Source of the DNA: a virus
Taxonomy: Duplodnaviria > Caudoviricetes
IMG/VR virus record: IMGVR_UViG_3300022206_000007
Coordinates: 1 to 26,557 of that record
Direction: 5' to 3' (one strand)
DNA length: 26,557 nucleotides
Made by a program: the position numbers and the translations under genes. The notes under the pieces are model-generated. The model was not told the DNA's origin and did no database searches. It saw only the letters and a program-made list of their open reading frames with translations. Positions 7,229 to 14,373 of the stretch are shown one piece after another. Within the stretch, counting starts at the first letter, position 1; every line of letters starts with the position of its first letter.

Positions 7229-7431
7229 CACAGATCACCGTAGAGGAGAGACTAGGGCTGGCGGCGGAGATGGTCGAGGACGCGATCAGTACCATCGACG
7301 TCGGAGCGCCCAGCCTCGTCGGTACTGGGCTCACCCTGAGCGATGTGGTGCGAGTGATCGATCGCCTCGCGGACTGCGCCCGAGATCTCAGGGAGACGCG
7401 ACAGAAGGCGCGCACTGGCAAGGAGGTATGA
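7225..7431 (+). CDS. Hypothetical protein
   Basis: ATGA-coupled, helical 68 aa. Confidence 0.7.
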   Translation: MTQITVEERLGLAAEMVEDAISTIDVGAPSLVGTGLTLSDVVRVIDRLADCARDLRETRQKARTGKEV

Positions 7432-7626
7432 CCGATGCTCCAGGACATAATCACAGTGAAGTACTCGGCTGAAGATGGTGTATGGATTGCGACGACATCG
7501 AAGTACGAATTTGTCGCGTGCCATGGGAATACAGCACACGCAGCGGTAGAGGAGCTCGGAGCCGTGCTCCGAGTAATCGAAGAGGACTTGGGCGGATGGT
7601 ATTCATCAGAGGAGGTATGACCGATG
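7421..7626 (+). repeat. 17-bp direct repeat AGGAGGTATGACCGATG at 7421-7437 and 7610-7626
   Basis: Exact copies containing SD, stop and start, bracketing the HicB-like gene. Confidence 0.9.
7435..7620 (+). CDS. HicB-like antitoxin N-terminal domain protein
   Basis: YSAEDGVWIAT......CHGNT...AVEEL..V matches the HicB partial RNase H fold pattern; no DNA-binding domain and no hicA. Confidence 0.7.
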   Translation: MLQDIITVKYSAEDGVWIATTSKYEFVACHGNTAHAAVEELGAVLRVIEEDLGGWYSSEEV

Positions 7627-7914
7627 AGACCGGACGATATGGTGACGTACGACGTGTGGGTTGTGCCGGATGATGATGCGTGTTGGTGGGACCGAGATGA
7701 CCCTGACCACGAGGTCACCACAGATCGTGCCGTGATGGCCTCGTGTCCCGGCATGATACTCGAGGAACGCATGTACTCCGAATGGGACGAAAACGATGGG
7801 TGGGAATGGATGGGGAATGGCTTCGGTGTGCTCGTGATTGAGCGAGGGCTCATCGGGCCACCGGTCAGACTCAGGGGGTCAGTAGACATCTCACCGGATT
7901 TCTCGGTTCGGTAG
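7624..7914 (+). CDS. Acidic Trp-rich hypothetical protein
   Basis: SD within the repeat; D/E-rich N-terminal two thirds. Confidence 0.65.
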   Translation: MRPDDMVTYDVWVVPDDDACWWDRDDPDHEVTTDRAVMASCPGMILEERMYSEWDENDGWEWMGNGFGVLVIERGLIGPPVRLRGSVDISPDFSVR

Positions 7915-7961
7915 TCCGCTCCGTCCATCCCTCTCCGGTGTACAGGCAGGAGGGACGGAAC

Positions 7962-8081
7962 ATGAAGAAGGCAATCCTCATCATCGCAGTGGCACTAGGG
8001 ATCGCAACGACCGCGCTGGCTTCGTCGGCGCACCAAGGACATGACACCGCAGCCCGCGTCGGGAAGGGGCGGCGCTGCTAG
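7962..8081 (+). CDS. 39-aa putative secreted peptide MKKAILIIAVALGIATTALA|SSAHQGHDTAARVGKGRRC
   Basis: GGAGGG SD, MKK + hydrophobic core + A-L-A cleavage motif; fills the gap between two genes; below the ORF-track size cutoff. Confidence 0.7.
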   Translation: MKKAILIIAVALGIATTALASSAHQGHDTAARVGKGRRC

Positions 8082-8089
8082 GAGAGACC

Positions 8090-8527
8090 ATGAAGTTGAC
8101 CGTGAGACAAATTGTTGGCATTGGCCCAGACTCGGATGGCGAATACGAACACATAGTCGCAGCCGACGGGACGCTGTACACAAAGACTGTGCGGCTGCCC
8201 CTGACGGGCTATGTTGCTACCGGTCCGAGTCTGCTGGAGGTTGTGCACGAGTTCGCCACCAACAGCAGGCTGGCTCTCGGGCGTCGCCTCAACGACCTCG
8301 AGGACGGCTTCGCGTTCGAGATCCACCCGACGGTAGAGTCGCCCGCCGCCGCGGACCCCATCGAGGCGGTGCTGGCAGACCTAGCCTGGCGACAAGAGGC
8401 TGGCAAGGAAGCTCTACGTCAGTGCGAGGAGGCGCGGAGCAAAGCGCGGGAAGACTGCGACAAGGCAGAGTGCATGCTGCGGGAACTCGACAATGCTGCC
8501 GCCGCGCTCAGAAACATCAGAAAATAG
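8090..8527 (+). CDS. Hypothetical protein with C-terminal coiled coil
   Basis: AGGAG SD; heptad-like C-terminus. Confidence 0.7.
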   Translation: MKLTVRQIVGIGPDSDGEYEHIVAADGTLYTKTVRLPLTGYVATGPSLLEVVHEFATNSRLALGRRLNDLEDGFAFEIHPTVESPAAADPIEAVLADLAWRQEAGKEALRQCEEARSKAREDCDKAECMLRELDNAAAALRNIRK

Positions 8528-8560
8528 TTGCGTGGATCCCTCTCGTGCTGCACCATAAGT
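8528..8560 (+). promoter_or_regulatory. Putative promoter TTGCGT-N17-CACCAT with overlapping operator copy
   Basis: Intergenic; same architecture as 8971-9002 (AAAATnGTTGCG...GCACCATAAGT). Confidence 0.55.
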
Positions 8561-8584
8561 GGAGGCACACGAGGGAGGCGAGAC

Positions 8585-8965
8585 ATGACGCAGCTAACAA
8601 CCATCGAGACCACCGCCAGAGCACTCTACAATATCCAGCCACTGCACAGCGCGCGGGATGCAGACAAGCTCGACGCACTGTGCCTGTCCATGGACAATGG
8701 GTGGGATGGCCGACCAGTACTCGCAGTGCAAGACGGTGACACGCTGTATGCGCTGACCGGTAGCCACCGCATCGCAGCAGCCCACAAGACGGCAGTCGAC
8801 GTCGACGTGCTCGCGATCGTCGGATACGATTTTGATCCGGAATGGCTCATTGAAAGATTGCTCGATGCCAGCGACGACGACGACCGCCTGACCATCTTGG
8901 TCAGCATCGGTGCGCCGCAAGATGCCATCGACCTGATGCAGGCTGAGGTGGACGGCAACGACTAA
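8585..8965 (+). CDS. ParB/sulfiredoxin-like N-terminal domain protein
   Basis: ATG 8585 after GGAGG; KL..L..SM..GW...PVL......Y.LTGSHRIAAA matches the ParBc GxHR motif. Confidence 0.75.
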   Translation: MTQLTTIETTARALYNIQPLHSARDADKLDALCLSMDNGWDGRPVLAVQDGDTLYALTGSHRIAAAHKTAVDVDVLAIVGYDFDPEWLIERLLDASDDDDRLTILVSIGAPQDAIDLMQAEVDGND

Positions 8966-8970
8966 AATCG

Positions 8971-9002
8971 TTGCGCGCCAGCGTTGGTGTGGCACCATAA
9001 GT
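8971..9002 (+). promoter_or_regulatory. Putative promoter TTGCGC-N16-CACCAT (TGn extended -10) with overlapping operator copy
   Basis: Intergenic repeat of the 8528 element. Confidence 0.55.
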
Positions 9003-9024
9003 ACAGACACGCGCGAGGGAGACC

Positions 9025-9255
9025 ATGAGCAGAACCGTAGCAGATCGCATCGCATTCACCTTCCGCATCCAAGCACACGGCTGCGCGAGAGCAGCCATCG
9101 TCCGCGGCTGGTCCTTCGACCCGCGCGACTACGTGCTCACTCGCGACGACCTCGACTGGATCGCGCGGCAGGTCGAGCAGGAGTTGGGACGCCCGGCGAC
9201 GGCGGATGAGTGGACGGCGGCGGGACGCCCCGAAATGGCAGAGTTGTACACGTGA
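9025..9255 (+). CDS. Hypothetical protein
   Basis: GAGGGAG SD downstream of a predicted promoter. Confidence 0.7.
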   Translation: MSRTVADRIAFTFRIQAHGCARAAIVRGWSFDPRDYVLTRDDLDWIARQVEQELGRPATADEWTAAGRPEMAELYT

Positions 9256-9272
9256 CACAGAAAGGAAAGACC

Positions 9273-9545
9273 ATGACCGTGGAGAGATACCGAGGCTACG
9301 ACATCGTGCGACAGCCACCATACTGGGTGGTAGGAGGCGCAAGATACGCCACCCACACGGACGCGTGCGTCGCGATCGACGAGCGCATCGAGCAGCTCAC
9401 CAAGATCTACGGCGTCTGTGAAACGTGCGTCGATCGCTACCACCTACACAAAGGCCCCGGGATCGTGCCGCACAGGACGAGCCCAGCACGAGCCACCAAG
9501 TACGTCTGCCACGAGTGCGCGGACGGGACCCACGACGAAGGCTGA
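9273..9545 (+). CDS. Zn-finger hypothetical protein
   Basis: ATG 9273 after AAGGA; CETC...CHEC. Confidence 0.7.
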   Translation: MTVERYRGYDIVRQPPYWVVGGARYATHTDACVAIDERIEQLTKIYGVCETCVDRYHLHKGPGIVPHRTSPARATKYVCHECADGTHDEG

Positions 9546-9555
9546 GGAGGACGAC

Positions 9556-9798
9556 ATGCGAGTCAAGCTCAATCCGACCATCGATTACATCCAGAGGGCG
9601 CTGGCGCACTCTGAAGTAAGCAAGGCCACGCTGTGGCAGCGTGCCATCAATGTCGCGGCGGTGCGTCGACGCAAGACCGGTGCCGATCCCACCGACGAAG
9701 AATTCAGTACCGCGTACTTCGGCGCATTCCCCCTGACCGGGTACCAGATCGATGTGCGGGACGGGCGCCTCGTGTTGGCGCCAAGGGGTCTGTCATGA
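9556..9798 (+). CDS. Hypothetical protein
   Basis: ATG 9556 after GAGGAGG; ATGA-coupled to the sigma gene. Confidence 0.7.
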   Translation: MRVKLNPTIDYIQRALAHSEVSKATLWQRAINVAAVRRRKTGADPTDEEFSTAYFGAFPLTGYQIDVRDGRLVLAPRGLS

Positions 9799-10340
9799 CG
9801 ACGTACGCAGAGCAGTATATCCCACTCGCTATCAGCAGGGCTCGCGCGCATGCGGTGCGGCACAGGATCTCGACGGCCGACGCTGACGACATGCGCTCCG
9901 AAGCGTACCTCGCTCTCGTGCTGGCGGAGCGCGACTATCACCCCGAGCTGGCCGGGTACATGACCTACGCATGGCACAAGATCGAAGGGAGGCTACATGA
10001 CAATGGCCACCTGCTGCTGCGTAGAGGACTTACTGGCGGCCGGCCTCAGCGAGGCAAGCGCCCGGGGCGACCATCAATGGGGCCAGAGGAGGAGGGGCAT
10101 AAGGTACCGGACAAGGCGCCACGGCCTGACGAAGTGCACGAGCGCGCGGAGATGCGCCGTCAGGCGAGGGTCGCCATTGAGCGGTTGCCGTCCTCGACGG
10201 ACAGGCGATACGCAAGGATGGTCTGGGTCGAGGGGCGCTCTCAGAAAGAGGCTGCCGATGCGCTCGGCATATCGAAGTCGTGGGGGTCCAGGATGCATCA
10301 CCGAATCGTGCGCAAGCTACGCGATCTAATCACGCTCTGA
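9795..10340 (+). CDS. Sigma-70 family sigma factor (FliA/SigF-like regions 2 and 4)
   Basis: DDMRSEAYLALV.A..DYHP....YMTYAW..I.G.L.D (region 2) and AIERL.....EGRSQKEAADALGISKSWGSRMH (region 4). Confidence 0.85.
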   Translation: MTTYAEQYIPLAISRARAHAVRHRISTADADDMRSEAYLALVLAERDYHPELAGYMTYAWHKIEGRLHDNGHLLLRRGLTGGRPQRGKRPGRPSMGPEEEGHKVPDKAPRPDEVHERAEMRRQARVAIERLPSSTDRRYARMVWVEGRSQKEAADALGISKSWGSRMHHRIVRKLRDLITL

Positions 10341-10851
10341 TCCCGTGCTCCCAGAGCTCTCTCTGAGCCATCTCCTCAGCCTCCCTACGCAGCGCGTCGA
10401 AGTCCAGCCCAGGCCCAGGACACACCTTGTCGGCGTCCCTGGACGCACCATCCAGGCTCGTGTGTCCGTGGATTGCGCGCGGCCCGTAGAGGTGAGCGCG
10501 GAGCACGTGGCACAGGTCGACGAGCGAAGTCCACTGAGCAGGCGTCGGCTTGTCGAAGCGGAAGTCGCCCACCACCGCCACGCCGATGCCTTCGAGGTTG
10601 AACTTCGCCGCGTGTGGCGAGATATCCAGGATGCGATGCGCCTGCTCAACTCGACCACCGCGGCCTATCGCGAAATGGTACGGCATCCGCCCGCCCGTCG
10701 CCTTGCTCGCCTCCGGGTTGCTGCGGAAGAACTCGGCAATCTCAGCCACGTTTTCGCCCGCCGAGCATCGGTGCACAATCAGCATTCGACGCGCGTAGAC
10801 GTCTACGGACTTGAGCGGTCCACGGTCGTCAGTCCGATCGATGATGTGCAT
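10330..10851 (-). CDS. Endolysin, N-acetylmuramoyl-L-alanine amidase (Amidase_2/T7-lysozyme-like)
   Basis: ATG 10851 after GGAGGT; IVH, YHF.I...G, HA..FN..GIGV..VGDF...PT.AQ..SL, GH and K.CPG motifs. Confidence 0.92.
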   Translation of the reverse strand: MHIIDRTDDRGPLKSVDVYARRMLIVHRCSAGENVAEIAEFFRSNPEASKATGGRMPYHFAIGRGGRVEQAHRILDISPHAAKFNLEGIGVAVVGDFRFDKPTPAQWTSLVDLCHVLRAHLYGPRAIHGHTSLDGASRDADKVCPGPGLDFDALRREAEEMAQRELWEHGIRA

Positions 10852-10855
10852 GAGG

Positions 10856-11293
10856 TCACCTCCACTCCCATCTCGACAAGTCGCCCTGGCGCAGAGCCCA
10901 TCGGCCCAGGTCGATTGCGTCGACGAGGTTGTGCTGCTTGGATGGGCACGCGGCGCCAAGCATCTCCAGCTCGCGCTCGGTCATCCTCGAGAGGCTCACC
11001 TGCTGCCTCTCGGTCTTGGCAACGTTGCGCGTCCACGTCGACGTGGGGACAACGTACAGCGCAGAGCGCCTGAGCATCTGCCCGACGACCATGCCAGCAG
11101 CCATCGAGACAGCTGCCATGCTGCCACCGGCGCGCCCGGCATACTGCCCCTCGACGACGACGGGGCCACCGTACGAGCGTAGCGCGACCGGGATGCGGGC
11201 CAGGGATGGCTGCCAGGTGAGGTCGAGGAGGTGGCCGTCGGACGCGAGCAGGGCTATGGCGCAACGATGCTTGCCGGGGTCAATCGACAGCAT
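10856..11293 (-). CDS. RuvC-like Holliday junction resolvase
   Basis: LSIDPG, VVVE, P..W....K and HNLVDAI motifs. Confidence 0.8.
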   Translation of the reverse strand: MLSIDPGKHRCAIALLASDGHLLDLTWQPSLARIPVALRSYGGPVVVEGQYAGRAGGSMAAVSMAAGMVVGQMLRRSALYVVPTSTWTRNVAKTERQQVSLSRMTERELEMLGAACPSKQHNLVDAIDLGRWALRQGDLSRWEWR

Positions 11294-11720
11294 CGATTAC
11301 CTTGCGGTCAAGAGGGAGGACGACGTCGAGTGCTCGGCGAATGGAGCCTGGCTCGTACTTGAGCCCGCGTCGCGCAGCGTCCTCGACGACCTTGGCGGTC
11401 CGTGCATGGCCAACGGCCTTGGTGGCCTTGTGCCCACACACGGCAGCGAGAGCCACGGGGACGGCGGCAGAGAGGGCGGCGCTCCAGCCCACGCCCGCGG
11501 CGAGACCCGTGAGCACCGAGGCGACGAGGGCGCCGAACCCGATGATGCCCCACTGGGCTAGTGGCGGGATGGCCTTCCAGCGGAGCTTGACCGGCAGCCT
11601 GCCCTGCACGGCGGGCTTGCGCCACACTCGCACGGCGACCGTCACCGTCATTGCCGCCACCGCGAGCCAGCCTCCGTCGCTGTACGCCTCGATCAGCGCC
11701 TGGATATCGAGAGTCTCCAT
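11280..11720 (-). CDS. Putative holin (multi-TM membrane protein)
   Basis: ATG 11720 after AGGAG; about 3 hydrophobic segments and a charged C-terminus, upstream of the endolysin. Confidence 0.6.
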   Translation of the reverse strand: METLDIQALIEAYSDGGWLAVAAMTVTVAVRVWRKPAVQGRLPVKLRWKAIPPLAQWGIIGFGALVASVLTGLAAGVGWSAALSAAVPVALAAVCGHKATKAVGHARTAKVVEDAARRGLKYEPGSIRRALDVVLPLDRKVIDAVD

Positions 11721-11728
11721 TGTGTCTC

Positions 11729-11953
11729 CTACGCGCAGCCCGAGCACTGACGTGTCGTGGCCGCGAGCTCTCTTTGGGTGTCGTCGACCTTGTCTTCTAC
11801 CTTGCCGATCCTGACGTCGTGGTTAGACAGCCGCGCTCCCGTGGCACCCTCGAAGCGGCTGAATTGTATCGATAGCCTGAGCTGCAGCGTGATGATCACG
11901 CCGAGGAGTCCGAGGTATGATCCTGCTAGGAGCTTGATGGCTAGGTCCGTCAT
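11729..11953 (-). CDS. Single-TM coiled-coil protein (lysis accessory, holin/antiholin-like)
   Basis: TGATG coupling; N-terminal TM helix, coiled coil, C-terminal CSGC. Confidence 0.6.
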   Translation of the reverse strand: MTDLAIKLLAGSYLGLLGVIITLQLRLSIQFSRFEGATGARLSNHDVRIGKVEDKVDDTQRELAATTRQCSGCA

Positions 11954-12624
11954 CAATCTTCGACTACTACGCCGACCACGCGGTGACAAGCCCCGGGCTG
12001 CCCCTCTAGGGCTGCGCGTCGGCAAGCGACTAGCTGGGCCGGGGTCCTGGCCACGACCGCCTGCAGCTCAGCGCGACGCTCGAGCACGGCCCCGTCGTCG
12101 TCGTAGACGGTCCAGACGTGGAGCTTGATCTGTGACTCGGCGGCCACGCCAAAGACCGCCTCGTTGATTGCGGTCAAGGACGACCACTCTCCCTCGTCGA
12201 CCGACTCTCCTGCGTCCGGGTCCCAGTCGATGCGCTTGCGTGCGTGCAGCTCCACTCGGTACGCGGCGGAGTCGTCAGAGGCGAAGGCCTGCGCGTCGCG
12301 ATAGAAGCGCGGCGATACGACCGCCTCCGAGTACTGCTCGGCAGTCATCTCGGGCACGATCCACCGAGCGGTGCAGACCCCCTGCGCAGTGCAGATGAGA
12401 TCGCTGATCTGACTCGAAGGGACAGCCGTGCTGATTGTCTGCACCCACTGGCCGTAGGCCTGGGCCTGCGGGCCGGTAAGCACGCACGGGGCGGACGGGT
12501 CCGCAGTGCATGACGAAACGTTGAGCTGGACGAGGACGTCGCCAGCGGACGCGGTGGAGAGCAGAGCCGCAACGGCGGCGGCTCCAAGCAAGGCGGAGGC
12601 GGTAAGCCAACGGATTGTTTTCAT
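11953..12624 (-). CDS. Exported protein with Sec signal peptide and three close Cys pairs
   Basis: MKTIRWLTASALLGAAAVAALLSTASA|; 6 Cys in neighbouring pairs. Confidence 0.75.
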   Translation of the reverse strand: MKTIRWLTASALLGAAAVAALLSTASAGDVLVQLNVSSCTADPSAPCVLTGPQAQAYGQWVQTISTAVPSSQISDLICTAQGVCTARWIVPEMTAEQYSEAVVSPRFYRDAQAFASDDSAAYRVELHARKRIDWDPDAGESVDEGEWSSLTAINEAVFGVAAESQIKLHVWTVYDDDGAVLERRAELQAVVARTPAQLVACRRAALEGQPGACHRVVGVVVED

Positions 12625-12632
12625 GGTGGCCT

Positions 12633-13877
12633 CTAGTTGTTGATGTCACAAACCGGCGTCGTCTGCTGAAAGCAAGCCAAGGTATCAGTCACGATAATGG
12701 CATGCGGGTAGTCGTCATCTGGATCATCGTGATCACGATCAAACCGCGCGGACACCCGGTCGCCGGGAGCTAGGACCGTTCCAGCAGCGTCATAGTCGAT
12801 CGTAACCTCCCCCACATACGTGGCCTGCGCGCTATCCCCGCCAGTGCCCGTGAACGTGTACGTGACCAACTGCGAACTCCCGTTGTCCAAGTCCTCGGTG
12901 CCCCAGATGGCTCGTCGATATTCAATGTCGAATTCCACGCCCTCGCCACTGGCTATAGCCTGTCCGGCCTCGGGCATGAATTCTATGCGGACGGTCAGGT
13001 CTGACGCGCCATCCCAACAATCCGGAATTGTAAAACCGTTATAGACCGATTGCGTGGCAGTGTGCGAGAAAGCGAGCCCGACAGATAGAGTGTTGACGGC
13101 AGTAGTTGGCGCAGCGCCAGGTGCTGGCGACACAGCGCCGAGGGTGCTGTAGCACACTTCGTACGTCGGGACGACGATCGGAAAACCGAACGTCACGTTT
13201 TCGACCGCGTCGTCCATATCGATACGCACGGCATCGGCCAAAGCCCCGTCATTACTGACACGCAGCAAATATTCGCCGTCTTCGTCGGAACCCGTACCGT
13301 CAGCAACGTAAAAATACTCGGCCCCATAGTCTACGTTACCGGCTCCACGGTACACGTTTTGCCCGCATGTTTCCCCTGCCGTATCCGCAACGCTGTTCTG
13401 AGCGTAAAAGATAAACCCAGAAGACGGACTCTGTCCGTAAAAATACGTACCGTTAAACAACATGTTGCTGGCGACACGAACGTAATACGTTCCGCTTCGA
13501 ATGTAGGCATAACTCGCGTCAGCGTCGACACTCTTCGTACACGCGCTGCCGTTTAGACACACAGCACCGCCCTGTTCTACAAAAAAGTCACCAACCCCCG
13601 TGCCGGCTTGATCAGCGACGCCGACCATATCCGCGACGGTGAAGTCCAGTGTCCCCCCGGTCGTGCCTGCATCGTTGGTACCCGTGACTTGACCGTCTGC
13701 AGGACTCGACAGTTTCGCCGCCGTGCCGTCGAAGTCCATGGTTCCCACGTCGAGGATGTCGTTCCCGTCCAGGTCGACGTCGCCAGTGCAGACGAGTGGG
13801 AAGGTCACGACGGCGCCGGTCCCGTTGTCGTAGAATGGCGAACCGAGTAGCGAGAGAATCAATGCTGCGTGGATCAT
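12633..13877 (-). CDS. Fibre/adhesin-like beta-rich protein with short hydrophobic leader
   Basis: G/D/T-rich fibre-like sequence (GDVDLDGNDILDVG), C-terminal F.IP..WDG.SD..V beta-sandwich-like domain, 8 Cys, leader MIHAALILSLLG. Confidence 0.6.
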   Translation of the reverse strand: MIHAALILSLLGSPFYDNGTGAVVTFPLVCTGDVDLDGNDILDVGTMDFDGTAAKLSSPADGQVTGTNDAGTTGGTLDFTVADMVGVADQAGTGVGDFFVEQGGAVCLNGSACTKSVDADASYAYIRSGTYYVRVASNMLFNGTYFYGQSPSSGFIFYAQNSVADTAGETCGQNVYRGAGNVDYGAEYFYVADGTGSDEDGEYLLRVSNDGALADAVRIDMDDAVENVTFGFPIVVPTYEVCYSTLGAVSPAPGAAPTTAVNTLSVGLAFSHTATQSVYNGFTIPDCWDGASDLTVRIEFMPEAGQAIASGEGVEFDIEYRRAIWGTEDLDNGSSQLVTYTFTGTGGDSAQATYVGEVTIDYDAAGTVLAPGDRVSARFDRDHDDPDDDYPHAIIVTDTLACFQQTTPVCDINN

Positions 13878-13885
13878 GGTAGCTC

Positions 13886-14371
13886 CTACTTGGCCACGAG
13901 AGCGGCGGTCGCCGCGATAGTGTCACCGGCCGCAGCACCCGCCGCGGCCAGCACGCAATTGACTTGACCGTGTAGCCCGGTCACGTCGACTCGCCAAGGC
14001 CACTGCTTGGCCCCGGTGACGGCCTTGCTCCACGTGGCATCGTCGCTAGTGCACGTGCCTGACACGGTCGTGCACGATTGGATCACGCTGTCTGTGGCGC
14101 CTCCGGCATCGGGGTCGTGGTAGCAGACCATCGTGATCGTGAGCGCGCCGCTGGTATTGACGTGCGCCAGCGAGACCACGGCAATCTCGTAGCCGAGAGT
14201 GCCCTTGTCCTCGAGCGGCAAGCTAAAGGTCAGGGTCGACGCCGCTCCGGACAGAGTTGTCGCGGCGAGTCGCGTGCCGAGCCGGTTGATGCGGTGAGGT
14301 GGCTTGACCGTAGCGGTGGCAAGGCTTGCCCACAGCGTGGCCAAGAGGACGATGGCGACGAGACGAGGCAT
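13886..14371 (-). CDS. Exported beta-sandwich-like protein with Sec signal peptide
   Basis: MPRLVAIVLLATLWASLATA|; 4 Cys; AAGGAG SD. Confidence 0.75.
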   Translation of the reverse strand: MPRLVAIVLLATLWASLATATVKPPHRINRLGTRLAATTLSGAASTLTFSLPLEDKGTLGYEIAVVSLAHVNTSGALTITMVCYHDPDAGGATDSVIQSCTTVSGTCTSDDATWSKAVTGAKQWPWRVDVTGLHGQVNCVLAAAGAAAGDTIAATAALVAK

Positions 14372-14373
14372 GA

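Noticed and set aside
7962-8527. Complete arbitrium (aimR-aimP-aimX) locus
   Set aside because: No ~380-aa HTH-TPR receptor next to the peptide gene; only the peptide-like ORF is supported
8990-9004. Sigma54 promoter from TGGCAC (also 870-875 on the - strand)
   Set aside because: No TTGC at the required -12 spacing; better explained as part of the palindromic operator
11729-12624. Canonical Rz/Rz1 spanin pair
   Set aside because: No lipobox Cys at a signal cleavage site and no convincing nested lipoprotein ORF found
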